A stretch of DNA of 64,000 bases from a virus (taxonomy: Duplodnaviria > Heunggongvirae > Uroviricota > Caudoviricetes). The notes under the pieces were generated by a model. It was not told the origin of the DNA. It was given only the letters and a program-made list of their open reading frames with translations, and did not search any database. Shown here one piece after another: positions 1 to 8,276 of this stretch (position 1 is the first letter of the stretch; the number at the start of each line of letters is the position of its first letter). The position numbers and the translations under genes are program-made. The DNA lies in the IMG/VR virus record IMGVR_UViG_3300002054_000021, positions 77,864-141,863 of that record. One strand, written 5' to 3'.

Positions 1-258
1 AACGAGAAGGTTTACGGACCTATTCAGTTACACGCTAAGCACGGAGGAAAAATTTGTTCAGAACCCGACTGGCCTGCATTGCGCCAAGCTTTCTATGAGG
101 CTCTTGTTGAGGTTGGCGGCGAAGCGGGCGCGGCTGAATATAAGAATTATGCATTTGATGTAGGCAGTAATGGTAAGAGCGCTGATTCTAACACTCGCAC
201 TCACTACAGACTTCATGGGAATAATTACCCTGAACATATACATCCATGTCATCATTAA
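1..258 (+). CDS. hypothetical protein, C-terminal fragment (gene continues upstream of window)
   Basis: Frame 1 is open from the window edge to TAA at 256-258. Absent from the ORF track because no start lies inside the window. Confidence 0.35.
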   Translation, partial: NEKVYGPIQLHAKHGGKICSEPDWPALRQAFYEALVEVGGEAGAAEYKNYAFDVGSNGKSADSNTRTHYRLHGNNYPEHIHPCHH

Positions 259-271
259 ATAGGTATACACT

Positions 272-922
272 GTGATAACTTCTACAAATACTGGAGGAGC
301 GATAGACGCTTGGTCAATATCGCCTACTTTACCTGCTGGTCTAGCATTCAACACATCAACTGGCGCTATTACAGGAACACCAACAGCAGCTTCAACCAAT
401 ACAACATACACTATCACGGCAACTAACGCAACAGGTAATGATATGTGTACATTTGACATAGAGGTAACATTCACTGCCCCAACAAGCACTATAGGTGCAG
501 ATCCATCCTCAAGTCTACTAACCTTGAGGAGAGGAGCCACAATACCAGCTGATGCGACATTCCTTAGATTCAACACTGACGGTTCTTACAGGTTTGAAAG
601 TCAAGATGGCGACTTCTTGTTTATGGATAGTTTTGGTAACTTTGTAAGTCCAGCTGGAGATGCTGCTGATTGGGATGTTTTATTCGATCCTAACTTCACC
701 AGTGATCCAGCAACAGGTGTAACTATTGATGGTCCAGCAGGTAATAATACTTGGATTAACGTTTCTGGAGCAGACGTAGTATGGGGATTTGGTCAGGACA
801 ATACGTCTAGTAATGTTGTTACTGTAGATGTACACTTTAGGCCTAACGGTTCTGGGTTAAATGTAGGTGACGCAGGTACGACAACTTGGACGGTGACTAT
901 AACTGGCAGAAATATGCTTTAA
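272..922 (+). CDS. Ig-like (He_PIG-type) domain structural protein
   Basis: Motif WSISPTLPAGLAFNTSTGAITGTPT, also found in the fibre at 15598. GTG start. Start codon uncertain. Confidence 0.55.
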   Translation: MITSTNTGGAIDAWSISPTLPAGLAFNTSTGAITGTPTAASTNTTYTITATNATGNDMCTFDIEVTFTAPTSTIGADPSSSLLTLRRGATIPADATFLRFNTDGSYRFESQDGDFLFMDSFGNFVSPAGDAADWDVLFDPNFTSDPATGVTIDGPAGNNTWINVSGADVVWGFGQDNTSSNVVTVDVHFRPNGSGLNVGDAGTTTWTVTITGRNML

Positions 923-1269
923 TGAAAATATTAATAAAAATATTTATTGTTATTTTTCTATTGTCATGTTCACCGTCTTCTGATTCTGTTAATATAGGAG
1001 ACGTTCTAGACCCTCCAGAAAAATTAAAAATATCAGAAGGTCAAGTGCTTATAAAAATGCATGACACTCAAAGTGATATATCATTATTATGTGGTGACGG
1101 TGAAGTTTCTGCGTGTATGATAAAAAAAGATGATATCGTAATTATACATATGCCTAATCCATGTGTTTACAGGGATTCATACTCTAAACTTTTATGTCAT
1201 GAATGGGCGCACTATCAACAATATAGATCTGGTTTAAATTTGGATCATCAAGGATGGAAGAAACCATGA
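922..1269 (+). CDS. putative lipoprotein with HExxH zinc-metallopeptidase motif
   Basis: ATG at 922 gives MKILIKIFIVIFLLSCS (signal peptide plus lipobox). HEWAH motif present. Upstream part of the track ORF is probably not translated. Confidence 0.5.
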   Translation: MKILIKIFIVIFLLSCSPSSDSVNIGDVLDPPEKLKISEGQVLIKMHDTQSDISLLCGDGEVSACMIKKDDIVIIHMPNPCVYRDSYSKLLCHEWAHYQQYRSGLNLDHQGWKKP

Positions 1270-1520
1270 TTCCAAAAATATCTCTTAATTTTAATAATAC
1301 TTATATAAAAAGAATTGGTGAATTTTCTGTTATATTTACTAAAGATAAAGATGCAGTAAATTTTAGTGATGCTACCGATAATGTTTCTGATGTCACTTCT
1401 AGTAATATGGATGCAGTATCGCCAATTAAAAATAACAAAAACAATAAAACTAAATTACTTCTTGCATCGTCTGCGGTTGTGATAGTTTTAGCAATTATCG
1501 CCTTTATAGGCGCAAACTAA
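1266..1520 (+). CDS. small C-terminally anchored membrane protein
   Basis: Hydrophobic C-terminus LLLASSAVVIVLAIIAFIGAN. Confidence 0.4.
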   Translation: MIPKISLNFNNTYIKRIGEFSVIFTKDKDAVNFSDATDNVSDVTSSNMDAVSPIKNNKNNKTKLLLASSAVVIVLAIIAFIGAN

Positions 1521-1614
1521 AGGCTATAATATTTATATAAAAATGTGATAAAAACATTGACATATTATAATATTGTGGTATATTTAATAAATATATAGTG
1601 AGTAAAATTTATTT

Positions 1615-1700
1615 GGTACTGTGGCGGAATTGGTTACGCAGCAGATTGCAAATCTGTCAGTAGGCACAGCCTCATGCTGGTTCGAGTCCAGTCAGTACCT
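1615..1700 (+). tRNA. tRNA, anticodon GCA (Cys-like, U73) with an 18-nt variable arm (type II-like); atypical
   Basis: Hand fold: acceptor GGTACTG/CAGTACC, D-stem GCG/CGC with G18G19, anticodon stem GCAGA/TCTGT, loop TTGCAAA, variable hairpin GGC-ACA-GCC, T-arm GCTGG-TTCGAGT-CCAGT, discriminator T, encoded CCA. Confidence 0.6.
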
Positions 1701-1713
1701 CCAAGATTAATTA

Positions 1714-2571
1714 ATGAAAAAATGGACAGATGATGAATTGTTGATACTATCAACTATGGTTTTCAATGGAAGCAGAGATGATGAAATAGGTAAGGTTTTA
1801 GGTAGGTCTAAAAAATCTGTGTCTATAAAAAGATTTAAGTTAAAATTAAAACTTAAGCCAATAGATCTCAAAGAGATAGTGATTTGTAAAAACTGTTCAA
1901 AAGAGTTTGCTGATCTGATTTCAAGAAATAGGAAATTTTGCTCTAATAGCTGCTCAATAACAGAGTCTAATTTAAATACAACTGTCAATATTACTAATTG
2001 CCCTGATTGCGATAAAGAAATAGAGAGTAAATCTAGAAACAGATTGCAAAAATGTAAAAATTGCCGATATAGCTCAAGGCCAAGATTAATAAAGAAAGAG
2101 TTTCACAGGAAAGTTAAGGTTGATACTTTATGCCCTGATCTTTCATTGCTCGATCTTAATCCTATAATCATTAAAAGGTCAATACCATCTAAGGTTTGCA
2201 AAACTTGCACTAATAAAATACCAAATAAAAATATTTACTGTCTATCATGTTCATTTGAATATTATAGTTTATATAGACCTAAATGCGAATTTAAGTTTAA
2301 CCCCTTAGATTTTAGTCAAAAAATAGATTGCTCATTAATACATGAGTTCGGCAGGTATAGTCCCTCAAACAGAGGTGACAATATTAATGGCGCATCATTA
2401 GATCATATGCTTTCTGTAAGGGATGGATTTAGGTTAAAGGTTGATCCTAAAATAATCAGTCACCCTGCTAACTGCAAGGTCATGATTCAAAATAAAAATA
2501 GCGCCAAAAATGATAGATCATCTATTAGTCTTGATGACCTTTTATTAAAAATAAAAAATTGGCATAATTAA
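1714..2571 (+). CDS. HNH endonuclease with multiple CxxC zinc ribbons (homing-endonuclease-like)
   Basis: C-terminal LDHMLSVRDG...HPANCKVMIQNKN HNH-like motif. Many CxxC pairs. Immediately 3' of the tRNA. Confidence 0.55.
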   Translation: MKKWTDDELLILSTMVFNGSRDDEIGKVLGRSKKSVSIKRFKLKLKLKPIDLKEIVICKNCSKEFADLISRNRKFCSNSCSITESNLNTTVNITNCPDCDKEIESKSRNRLQKCKNCRYSSRPRLIKKEFHRKVKVDTLCPDLSLLDLNPIIIKRSIPSKVCKTCTNKIPNKNIYCLSCSFEYYSLYRPKCEFKFNPLDFSQKIDCSLIHEFGRYSPSNRGDNINGASLDHMLSVRDGFRLKVDPKIISHPANCKVMIQNKNSAKNDRSSISLDDLLLKIKNWHN

Positions 2572-2614
2572 ACATAATCGCTAAAGCGGTTTTACATTAC
2601 ATTGGGAATTAAAT

Positions 2615-3340
2615 ATGAGTGTACGTTACGGTGTATCTGACGCATCTAGATGTGGCGCTAGAGCTGTTGTTTATCAACCAGAGGGTTGTGCAACTTGCCT
2701 AACGTTAAAATTAGGTGAAGTTCAGATTTTTGAAATAGACTTCAGTGATGAAGTAAGGTGTAATCCAAGAAGAATAGGTTGCTCTGTGGATTACGATGAG
2801 GTTGTAAATGTTATTTCTTTTTCAGCCACACCTTTGACTGTTTTCGGTGGCGGAGGTAGTATAACTGCATCTATAGGTGATATAGGAAATAGAACTGGGA
2901 TTGTCCAGATATTAGTGGATGCAACAAATATATCATTACAGCCAGACGAAAAGTGGGCACTTAATATGAGTGTATCACTTGAAAGCGGGAGAATTTTGAA
3001 ACAGTGCTTCAATGTAAGACTTATAGAGTGCGGCGAGGTTTGTTTAGATAATTCACCGAGTTGCTCAGGTCCAATATTGAAATCAATAGCTAATTGCGGA
3101 TGTGGAATATTACATTTAAGTGATGAGGTTCCAGTAGGTACTGTCTGTGCTGAAATAAGCCCAGCATGCGATGTTTTTTACACACTAGACGGAACTGACC
3201 CTCATGGAGATTCAGCAATACCTCTTGCTGCTGGGAATACTGTTAGGATAGTTAATAACTCAGAAATAAATGGCTTTAGAATGGAAGCTGTTCATGATGG
3301 CGACGAGATATGTGTTTCAAGAACATATAGAGGATCGTAA
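2615..3340 (+). CDS. cysteine-rich protein with chitobiase/CHB_HEX_C-like motif (possible virion decoration)
   Basis: Motif FYTLDGTDPHG...AGNTVRIV. Confidence 0.4.
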   Translation: MSVRYGVSDASRCGARAVVYQPEGCATCLTLKLGEVQIFEIDFSDEVRCNPRRIGCSVDYDEVVNVISFSATPLTVFGGGGSITASIGDIGNRTGIVQILVDATNISLQPDEKWALNMSVSLESGRILKQCFNVRLIECGEVCLDNSPSCSGPILKSIANCGCGILHLSDEVPVGTVCAEISPACDVFYTLDGTDPHGDSAIPLAAGNTVRIVNNSEINGFRMEAVHDGDEICVSRTYRGS

Positions 3341-3350
3341 TATTTAGATC

Positions 3351-3938
3351 ATGAATTTTATACAGGAGAATGGAGAAGGATTATCTAATAGTGTAACTTA
3401 CGTATCTTATACAGATGTTGTTGGTTATGCGATGAAGGACTTTTTCTATTATGAATGGTTTTATAAAGATGATGATTGTGTTTTCTCTAAGAAAGAAGTT
3501 GAAAGAGCGGGCGCTACAGCTAGTAAATTAATAGATAGTTTGTGTTGGAAGGGCAGGAGGTCAAACTCTATGCAAAATATGGAGTGGCCAAGATGCGGCG
3601 CTCATAGCGATTGTTATTATGGTGCATGCGCTCCGTCTAATATAATTCCTAAAGAAATAATGGAATCTACTATAATTATGACTTTATTAATTCTTAAAGG
3701 TGAAGTTGTTTCAGGGACAAATCAAACCCCAGCAAAAGTGAAGTCATTAAGTTTAGATAAAATGTCTATAGAATTTAAAGATGGTGCCTATATAGACCCA
3801 AATGCAGGATCATGTGGCGGCGGAATGAACACTACGTCATCAGATAAATTTTATTCTGTCAGACATTTAATAGATTGTTACCTCTCTAGATCGTCATCAT
3901 CTAAGTCAGTGAATGTTAAATTTAAGAGAACTTTATAA
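3351..3938 (+). CDS. hypothetical protein
   Basis: 195-aa ORF in the + strand gene series. Confidence 0.45.
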   Translation: MNFIQENGEGLSNSVTYVSYTDVVGYAMKDFFYYEWFYKDDDCVFSKKEVERAGATASKLIDSLCWKGRRSNSMQNMEWPRCGAHSDCYYGACAPSNIIPKEIMESTIIMTLLILKGEVVSGTNQTPAKVKSLSLDKMSIEFKDGAYIDPNAGSCGGGMNTTSSDKFYSVRHLIDCYLSRSSSSKSVNVKFKRTL

Positions 3939-4231
3939 TGATAATAAATAACACAAGAAAGCATAAAATAACTATAGGTAAGGTGCAGGTAGGAAAAAAG
4001 AAAGTGACATACGACTTCGCTGCTGGAAAAGGTGAAGAAAACACCATAACTCAGTATGACTACCATTGCTTAATGCAGAATATATCATTTGAAAGAATGA
4101 TAGAATCTAAAGTTTTAGTTTTAATTAAAGATAACTCCACTAAAAAGCAATCAACTAAGAAAGACGCCACTGATGCTGCTGATGTTGATAAGTTAAATAC
4201 TTTAAGCATGAAAGATGTTAAAGGAGAATAG
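3938..4231 (+). CDS. hypothetical protein
   Basis: 97-aa ORF that overlaps the upstream stop codon. Confidence 0.4.
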   Translation: MIINNTRKHKITIGKVQVGKKKVTYDFAAGKGEENTITQYDYHCLMQNISFERMIESKVLVLIKDNSTKKQSTKKDATDAADVDKLNTLSMKDVKGE

Positions 4232-4236
4232 TTAAG

Positions 4237-4779
4237 TTGTCTATAACAACTGACGTTTCTACAGAATTAAATTTTTTTGGAACCACTGGTTCCGCCCGTA
4301 AAACTTTTGCAGGATCTAGATTAGATGAATTGCAAAAATTTTCTAGAATTATAAGCACTGCGGAATTTTCTGTTGGGTTTACAAATGATAAGCACCCAGA
4401 TTCTGATCTTAGCTACGCTCAGTTGGCAACTATATTAGAATTTGGATCTCCAAGCAGAGGTATTGTAGCTAGGCCTTATCTAGAAAGGTCATCACGTATC
4501 GTTGTTCCAAGTATAAGAAGAAATCTCATACCTGTTATGGAGAGATTAGGGTCGTTAAGGGTCAAAGTGACCAAGGCTCAAATATTAAATGAATTATCTG
4601 CCGTCTCTAATGATGCTGCAGAAAAGACTAAGTCAGTAATTAGAAGAAGAAGTGTTAGGGTTTCTGAAAATAGAGAGCCTTACAGATCTAGAAAAAGGGC
4701 TGGCGGTTTTGGTGAAAGGCCTTGGATAAAAACAGGTAACTTAGTAGCTAATATACAAGGATTTGTAAGGTTAAAATAA
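4237..4779 (+). CDS. hypothetical protein (head-tail joining region by position)
   Basis: TTG start with AAGGAG RBS. Confidence 0.5.
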   Translation: MSITTDVSTELNFFGTTGSARKTFAGSRLDELQKFSRIISTAEFSVGFTNDKHPDSDLSYAQLATILEFGSPSRGIVARPYLERSSRIVVPSIRRNLIPVMERLGSLRVKVTKAQILNELSAVSNDAAEKTKSVIRRRSVRVSENREPYRSRKRAGGFGERPWIKTGNLVANIQGFVRLK

Positions 4780-4798
4780 TTTAATATCTGGTGGGCTT

Positions 4799-5209
4799 AT
4801 GTCGAGAGTTGGTTTGGAAAGCGGAATTTTTAGCATGTTTTCGAGACTTGGGGGTCAGTCCGTAGTTATATACCGAGAGGATTGCTCAGCAGGTTATGAT
4901 AGAGCTACAGGAAAAAGGATTAGATCTAATAAGATAGACATACAATCTTGCGCTATTATTAAGCCAGCGTCGGAAAGTTCTATCATACAAGATTCTGGAG
5001 GAGAGCGAGGGTCTTCCACTATGGTAATACAAACACCTCCAGAAGTGCCGATATATACTACAGACGAAAGGGACGCTGCAGGAGCTGATATAGTTTTTGC
5101 TAGGGGTAAATTTTGGAAGATAATGAAGGTAACAGATCATTGTTATTATTGGGAAGGGGAGATGATGTTGCTTCCAGATAATATATGTAAGGACTTAGGG
5201 ATAGAGTAG
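4799..5209 (+). CDS. hypothetical protein
   Basis: 136-aa ORF. Confidence 0.45.
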   Translation: MSRVGLESGIFSMFSRLGGQSVVIYREDCSAGYDRATGKRIRSNKIDIQSCAIIKPASESSIIQDSGGERGSSTMVIQTPPEVPIYTTDERDAAGADIVFARGKFWKIMKVTDHCYYWEGEMMLLPDNICKDLGIE

Positions 5210-5212
5210 GAA

Positions 5213-5797
5213 ATGGAATCTATTAGAGAGACCGTTCTTAATGGGGTTATAAAGTTTATAACTGGAGTTTGCGACAACCATGAGGACACGAGAGGTCTAT
5301 ATGTTATAAGAAGATACGAAGATGGTGTCAGGCCAAATTCTTCAAAGTTTGAAAACTCTTGTGAAAACTACGGCGCTTCGGCTTTTATGGAAGTTAATAT
5401 AGAGAACCTTTCTAGGTTAAACACTTGCAAGTCTTTTGAGTTTAATGATCAGGGTCAATATCAGGAAATATCTATAAAGAACTACGAAGTAGAAATAAAG
5501 GTAGATGTTTTTGGGTGTGGATCACTAGATGTGTCAAAGATAGTTTTAGATGCTATAGAATTATTTGAATTAAGAAGATCTTTATTGCCTAATAATCTTG
5601 GGTATTTGAATCACACTGACGTAATTGACGTGACAGCCCTTCAGGAAACCATGCATGAAGAACGTGTGACCTTTTCTTTAAACTTTGAATATTGCTGTGA
5701 GGCTGTTGCTGATATTCCAAAGGTAGATTTTAGCGCATGCTTGAAAAAATTAATTAATAACAAAAAATTAGATTGTGAAGATCTAAATAAAATTTAA
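5213..5797 (+). CDS. hypothetical protein
   Basis: 194-aa ORF. Confidence 0.5.
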   Translation: MESIRETVLNGVIKFITGVCDNHEDTRGLYVIRRYEDGVRPNSSKFENSCENYGASAFMEVNIENLSRLNTCKSFEFNDQGQYQEISIKNYEVEIKVDVFGCGSLDVSKIVLDAIELFELRRSLLPNNLGYLNHTDVIDVTALQETMHEERVTFSLNFEYCCEAVADIPKVDFSACLKKLINNKKLDCEDLNKI

Positions 5798-5814
5798 AAT
5801 ATAGAGGTATTTAA

Positions 5815-6930
5815 ATGGCAGACTGTAATACATGCTTACCGTTAGAATGTCTTGTTAAGGTAGATATAGGCATTGAAAATGTCGTAGACCAAGCTGAGTT
5901 TAATTGCTTAGCTATCCTTACAGACAATCTTACAGGTGGTATAGGTGGGGCTGCATCTCCAGTTAATGCTGGCGATTGCGCTAAAGACTACGTGACTTTT
6001 GATGAAGTTGCTTCGGAATGGGACTCGACTAGTGATGTTTACGCTTCTGCTCAACATGCATTTGCTCAAACTCCGTCTGTAGCAATAGTTAAGGTTATGT
6101 ATGTGGATTTTGGGGCTAACATACAAAATCAACTAAACACCCTGTTTGAATGTGAAGTATGTCAAGGTATAGTGGCACCTTCTTTAAGGGATGACCCAAG
6201 AGTTCTTGAAATTGCTGATTGGGTCGAGGCTAGAGGTGGTAGTAACTTCTTCTTTACGGATAGTAATGATGAATTAACCTTGGATCAAAATGATGGTACA
6301 AGCATGGCCGCTATGTTTCAAGCTGCAGCTTACCAATATTCTGCAGTTTATTATCATTCCGATATTGATGAGCAATTTGCATCTGCAGCAATGTCATTTG
6401 GTCTGGGTCAAGACTTAGATTTAGTAGGATCTGCGTTCACAATGGCATTTAATGAGCTTGCTTTAGTTGCTCCAGACTTTGTCAGTAAATCTGAACTTGT
6501 CGCCATAACAGGGCATCTTCCAGCTACTGGATGTGGGCCACAATTTGGTAAATTCGCATCTTTATATGGGTGTGTAGGTGGTCAAAATATGATGCTTTAT
6601 GGCTCAATGGCAGACGGAAATTTCTTTGATACAGCGCTACTTAGAGAATATATGAAAGCTAGAATACAAGAAGGTGTATCTCAAGTATTTGTCAATGGGT
6701 CGGTTCCTCAAACTCAAGTTGGAGCTACAATTTTAGCCAACAATGTTGATTTTATATTGTCTCAATTTGAAGCTGCTGGATGGATAACAGAATACACAGT
6801 TCTTGCTCCAGTTGTGGCTAATTCCACCACCGCGACTAGAGCATGTAGAATACTTGAGTGTATTGAATGGGACGCAACATTAGCTGGAAGAGTGCATTCT
6901 ACTTGTGTTCTAGGCCGTCTGAACTTTTAG
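5815..6930 (+). CDS. putative tail sheath-like protein (synteny only)
   Basis: 371-aa ORF upstream of the tube, chaperone and tape measure genes. No motif support. Confidence 0.4.
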   Translation: MADCNTCLPLECLVKVDIGIENVVDQAEFNCLAILTDNLTGGIGGAASPVNAGDCAKDYVTFDEVASEWDSTSDVYASAQHAFAQTPSVAIVKVMYVDFGANIQNQLNTLFECEVCQGIVAPSLRDDPRVLEIADWVEARGGSNFFFTDSNDELTLDQNDGTSMAAMFQAAAYQYSAVYYHSDIDEQFASAAMSFGLGQDLDLVGSAFTMAFNELALVAPDFVSKSELVAITGHLPATGCGPQFGKFASLYGCVGGQNMMLYGSMADGNFFDTALLREYMKARIQEGVSQVFVNGSVPQTQVGATILANNVDFILSQFEAAGWITEYTVLAPVVANSTTATRACRILECIEWDATLAGRVHSTCVLGRLNF

Positions 6931-6943
6931 GAGATAAAATAAA

Positions 6944-7567
6944 ATGGCAACAAGACTAACAATAAAAGATCCTAACTGTTTATCAGTTACCTTAATTCCT
7001 TGGAGAAATAGAAATATACCTTCAATAGATTCTATAACTGGGGTAGTTAATTCTGCTGGTGTAGGTGGTAATACTCTGAACGGCGATAGGGCAATATACT
7101 TGCAAGGTGTATTCGCTGAAGATGGCGCTTTCGCGACACTTGAATCAACTCAAGAGGAGGATGAATATATTGAGGCTGCTGATGGCAGTATATGTGTATT
7201 TGTAAAAAACAGAATCAATGAAATACTGACACTTAGATTAAATTCTTGTAATGGATTTATTGAATCATTAATAAACTTAAAAAATATAAGGACTGGGTCA
7301 GATACTCTTGGTAATAATAGATTCGGCGCTGTTCCCATATATGTTCACGTCTGCGACTTATGTACTGGTTATTCTCTTGTTTCAGATTGTGCTTGGATTT
7401 TAAGTAATCCAACACTCACATTTGGTAATGATGATTCTCCAGTTGAAGTTAAGATATTATTATCTGGAGCCAGAGATAATAGACTATCTACAGATAGAGA
7501 TCAGTATAATCTTATAAGGCAAATAGAGGCTAGTGGAGGAAGTTCTCCTCTAGGATTTGGTTCTTAG
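6944..7567 (+). CDS. putative tail tube protein (synteny only)
   Basis: 207-aa ORF directly before the frameshifted chaperone pair. Confidence 0.4.
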   Translation: MATRLTIKDPNCLSVTLIPWRNRNIPSIDSITGVVNSAGVGGNTLNGDRAIYLQGVFAEDGAFATLESTQEEDEYIEAADGSICVFVKNRINEILTLRLNSCNGFIESLINLKNIRTGSDTLGNNRFGAVPIYVHVCDLCTGYSLVSDCAWILSNPTLTFGNDDSPVEVKILLSGARDNRLSTDRDQYNLIRQIEASGGSSPLGFGS

Positions 7568-7588
7568 TAAAAACCATAGGGGGTAAAT

Positions 7589-8083
7589 ATGGAAAATAAT
7601 ACAGGACAACAGGATATAGCTGCAATTTTTGATGCTCCGACATCAGTTCAAGCTCTTCCATCAATGGGTGGTCACTCTCAAAAGGAATTTGGGGGTTCTG
7701 TTTTTGTAAATACGAAAATGAATGTTTACGATTCAAGAGTAATGATGGCTAGAATCGGAAAGATACTAGGTGGGCCTTTAATGCAGTTTTTTGGTGCAGA
7801 AGAGGGCGCTACTGGAGATGAAGAAGTAGATGTTTTTGCTAAAGCATTAGCTTCCTTAGATCCAGAAAAGTCAATCATGATCATAAAAGACCTTTGTGAA
7901 TTGACTATAAATCAATCTAGAGGCAGAAAAACCATTTACATAGAAGACTTTAACGCTCACGAGACAACTGATATAGAGGTTGCTTTGTGGGTAGCCGAGG
8001 AGCAGTTTGGAAATTTTTTCAGCGCGCTCGGAGGGAGCACCCTGAGCGCGGATATGATGCAAATAATAAGTGGACAGACGTAG
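7589..8083 (+). CDS. tail assembly chaperone (G-like)
   Basis: Lies immediately upstream of the tape measure gene. GGGGG RBS. Overlapped by a -1 frame ORF. Confidence 0.6.
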   Translation: MENNTGQQDIAAIFDAPTSVQALPSMGGHSQKEFGGSVFVNTKMNVYDSRVMMARIGKILGGPLMQFFGAEEGATGDEEVDVFAKALASLDPEKSIMIIKDLCELTINQSRGRKTIYIEDFNAHETTDIEVALWVAEEQFGNFFSALGGSTLSADMMQIISGQT

Positions 8084-8274
8084 AGTTAGATGAAATAAAA
8101 AGCATAGCTCCAGATCTAGATTTGTTTATGTATACTCCTATAATATCTGAAGTTGCTACTATGTCAGATCTTAGAAATTGCACCTTAGATGATTGGTGTG
8201 ATTTACATGAAGCGATAAGGTTGAAGTCATTTATTACTAATCGAGAATTTAAAAAGGCGGAGGCTGATATTTAG
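7987..8274 (+). CDS. tail assembly chaperone -1 frameshift extension (GT-like product 7589..8274)
   Basis: Slippery heptamer T_TTT_TTC at 8014-8020 in the zero frame of 7589. The -1 frame continues to 8274. Confidence 0.55.
   Translation: MGSRGAVWKFFQRARREHPERGYDANNKWTDVELDEIKSIAPDLDLFMYTPIISEVATMSDLRNCTLDDWCDLHEAIRLKSFITNREFKKAEADI
8014..8020 (+). promoter_or_regulatory. -1 programmed ribosomal frameshift slippery site TTTTTTC
   Basis: Reads X_XXY_YYZ in the frame of 7589. Confidence 0.55.
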
Positions 8275-8276
8275 TT

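Noticed and set aside
58-576. 172-aa - strand ORF in the track
   Set aside because: Overlaps the He_PIG gene and the frame-1 C-terminal fragment on the + strand. Its composition is Val/Ala-rich and it has no RBS. Probably a shadow ORF of the AT-poor coding strand.
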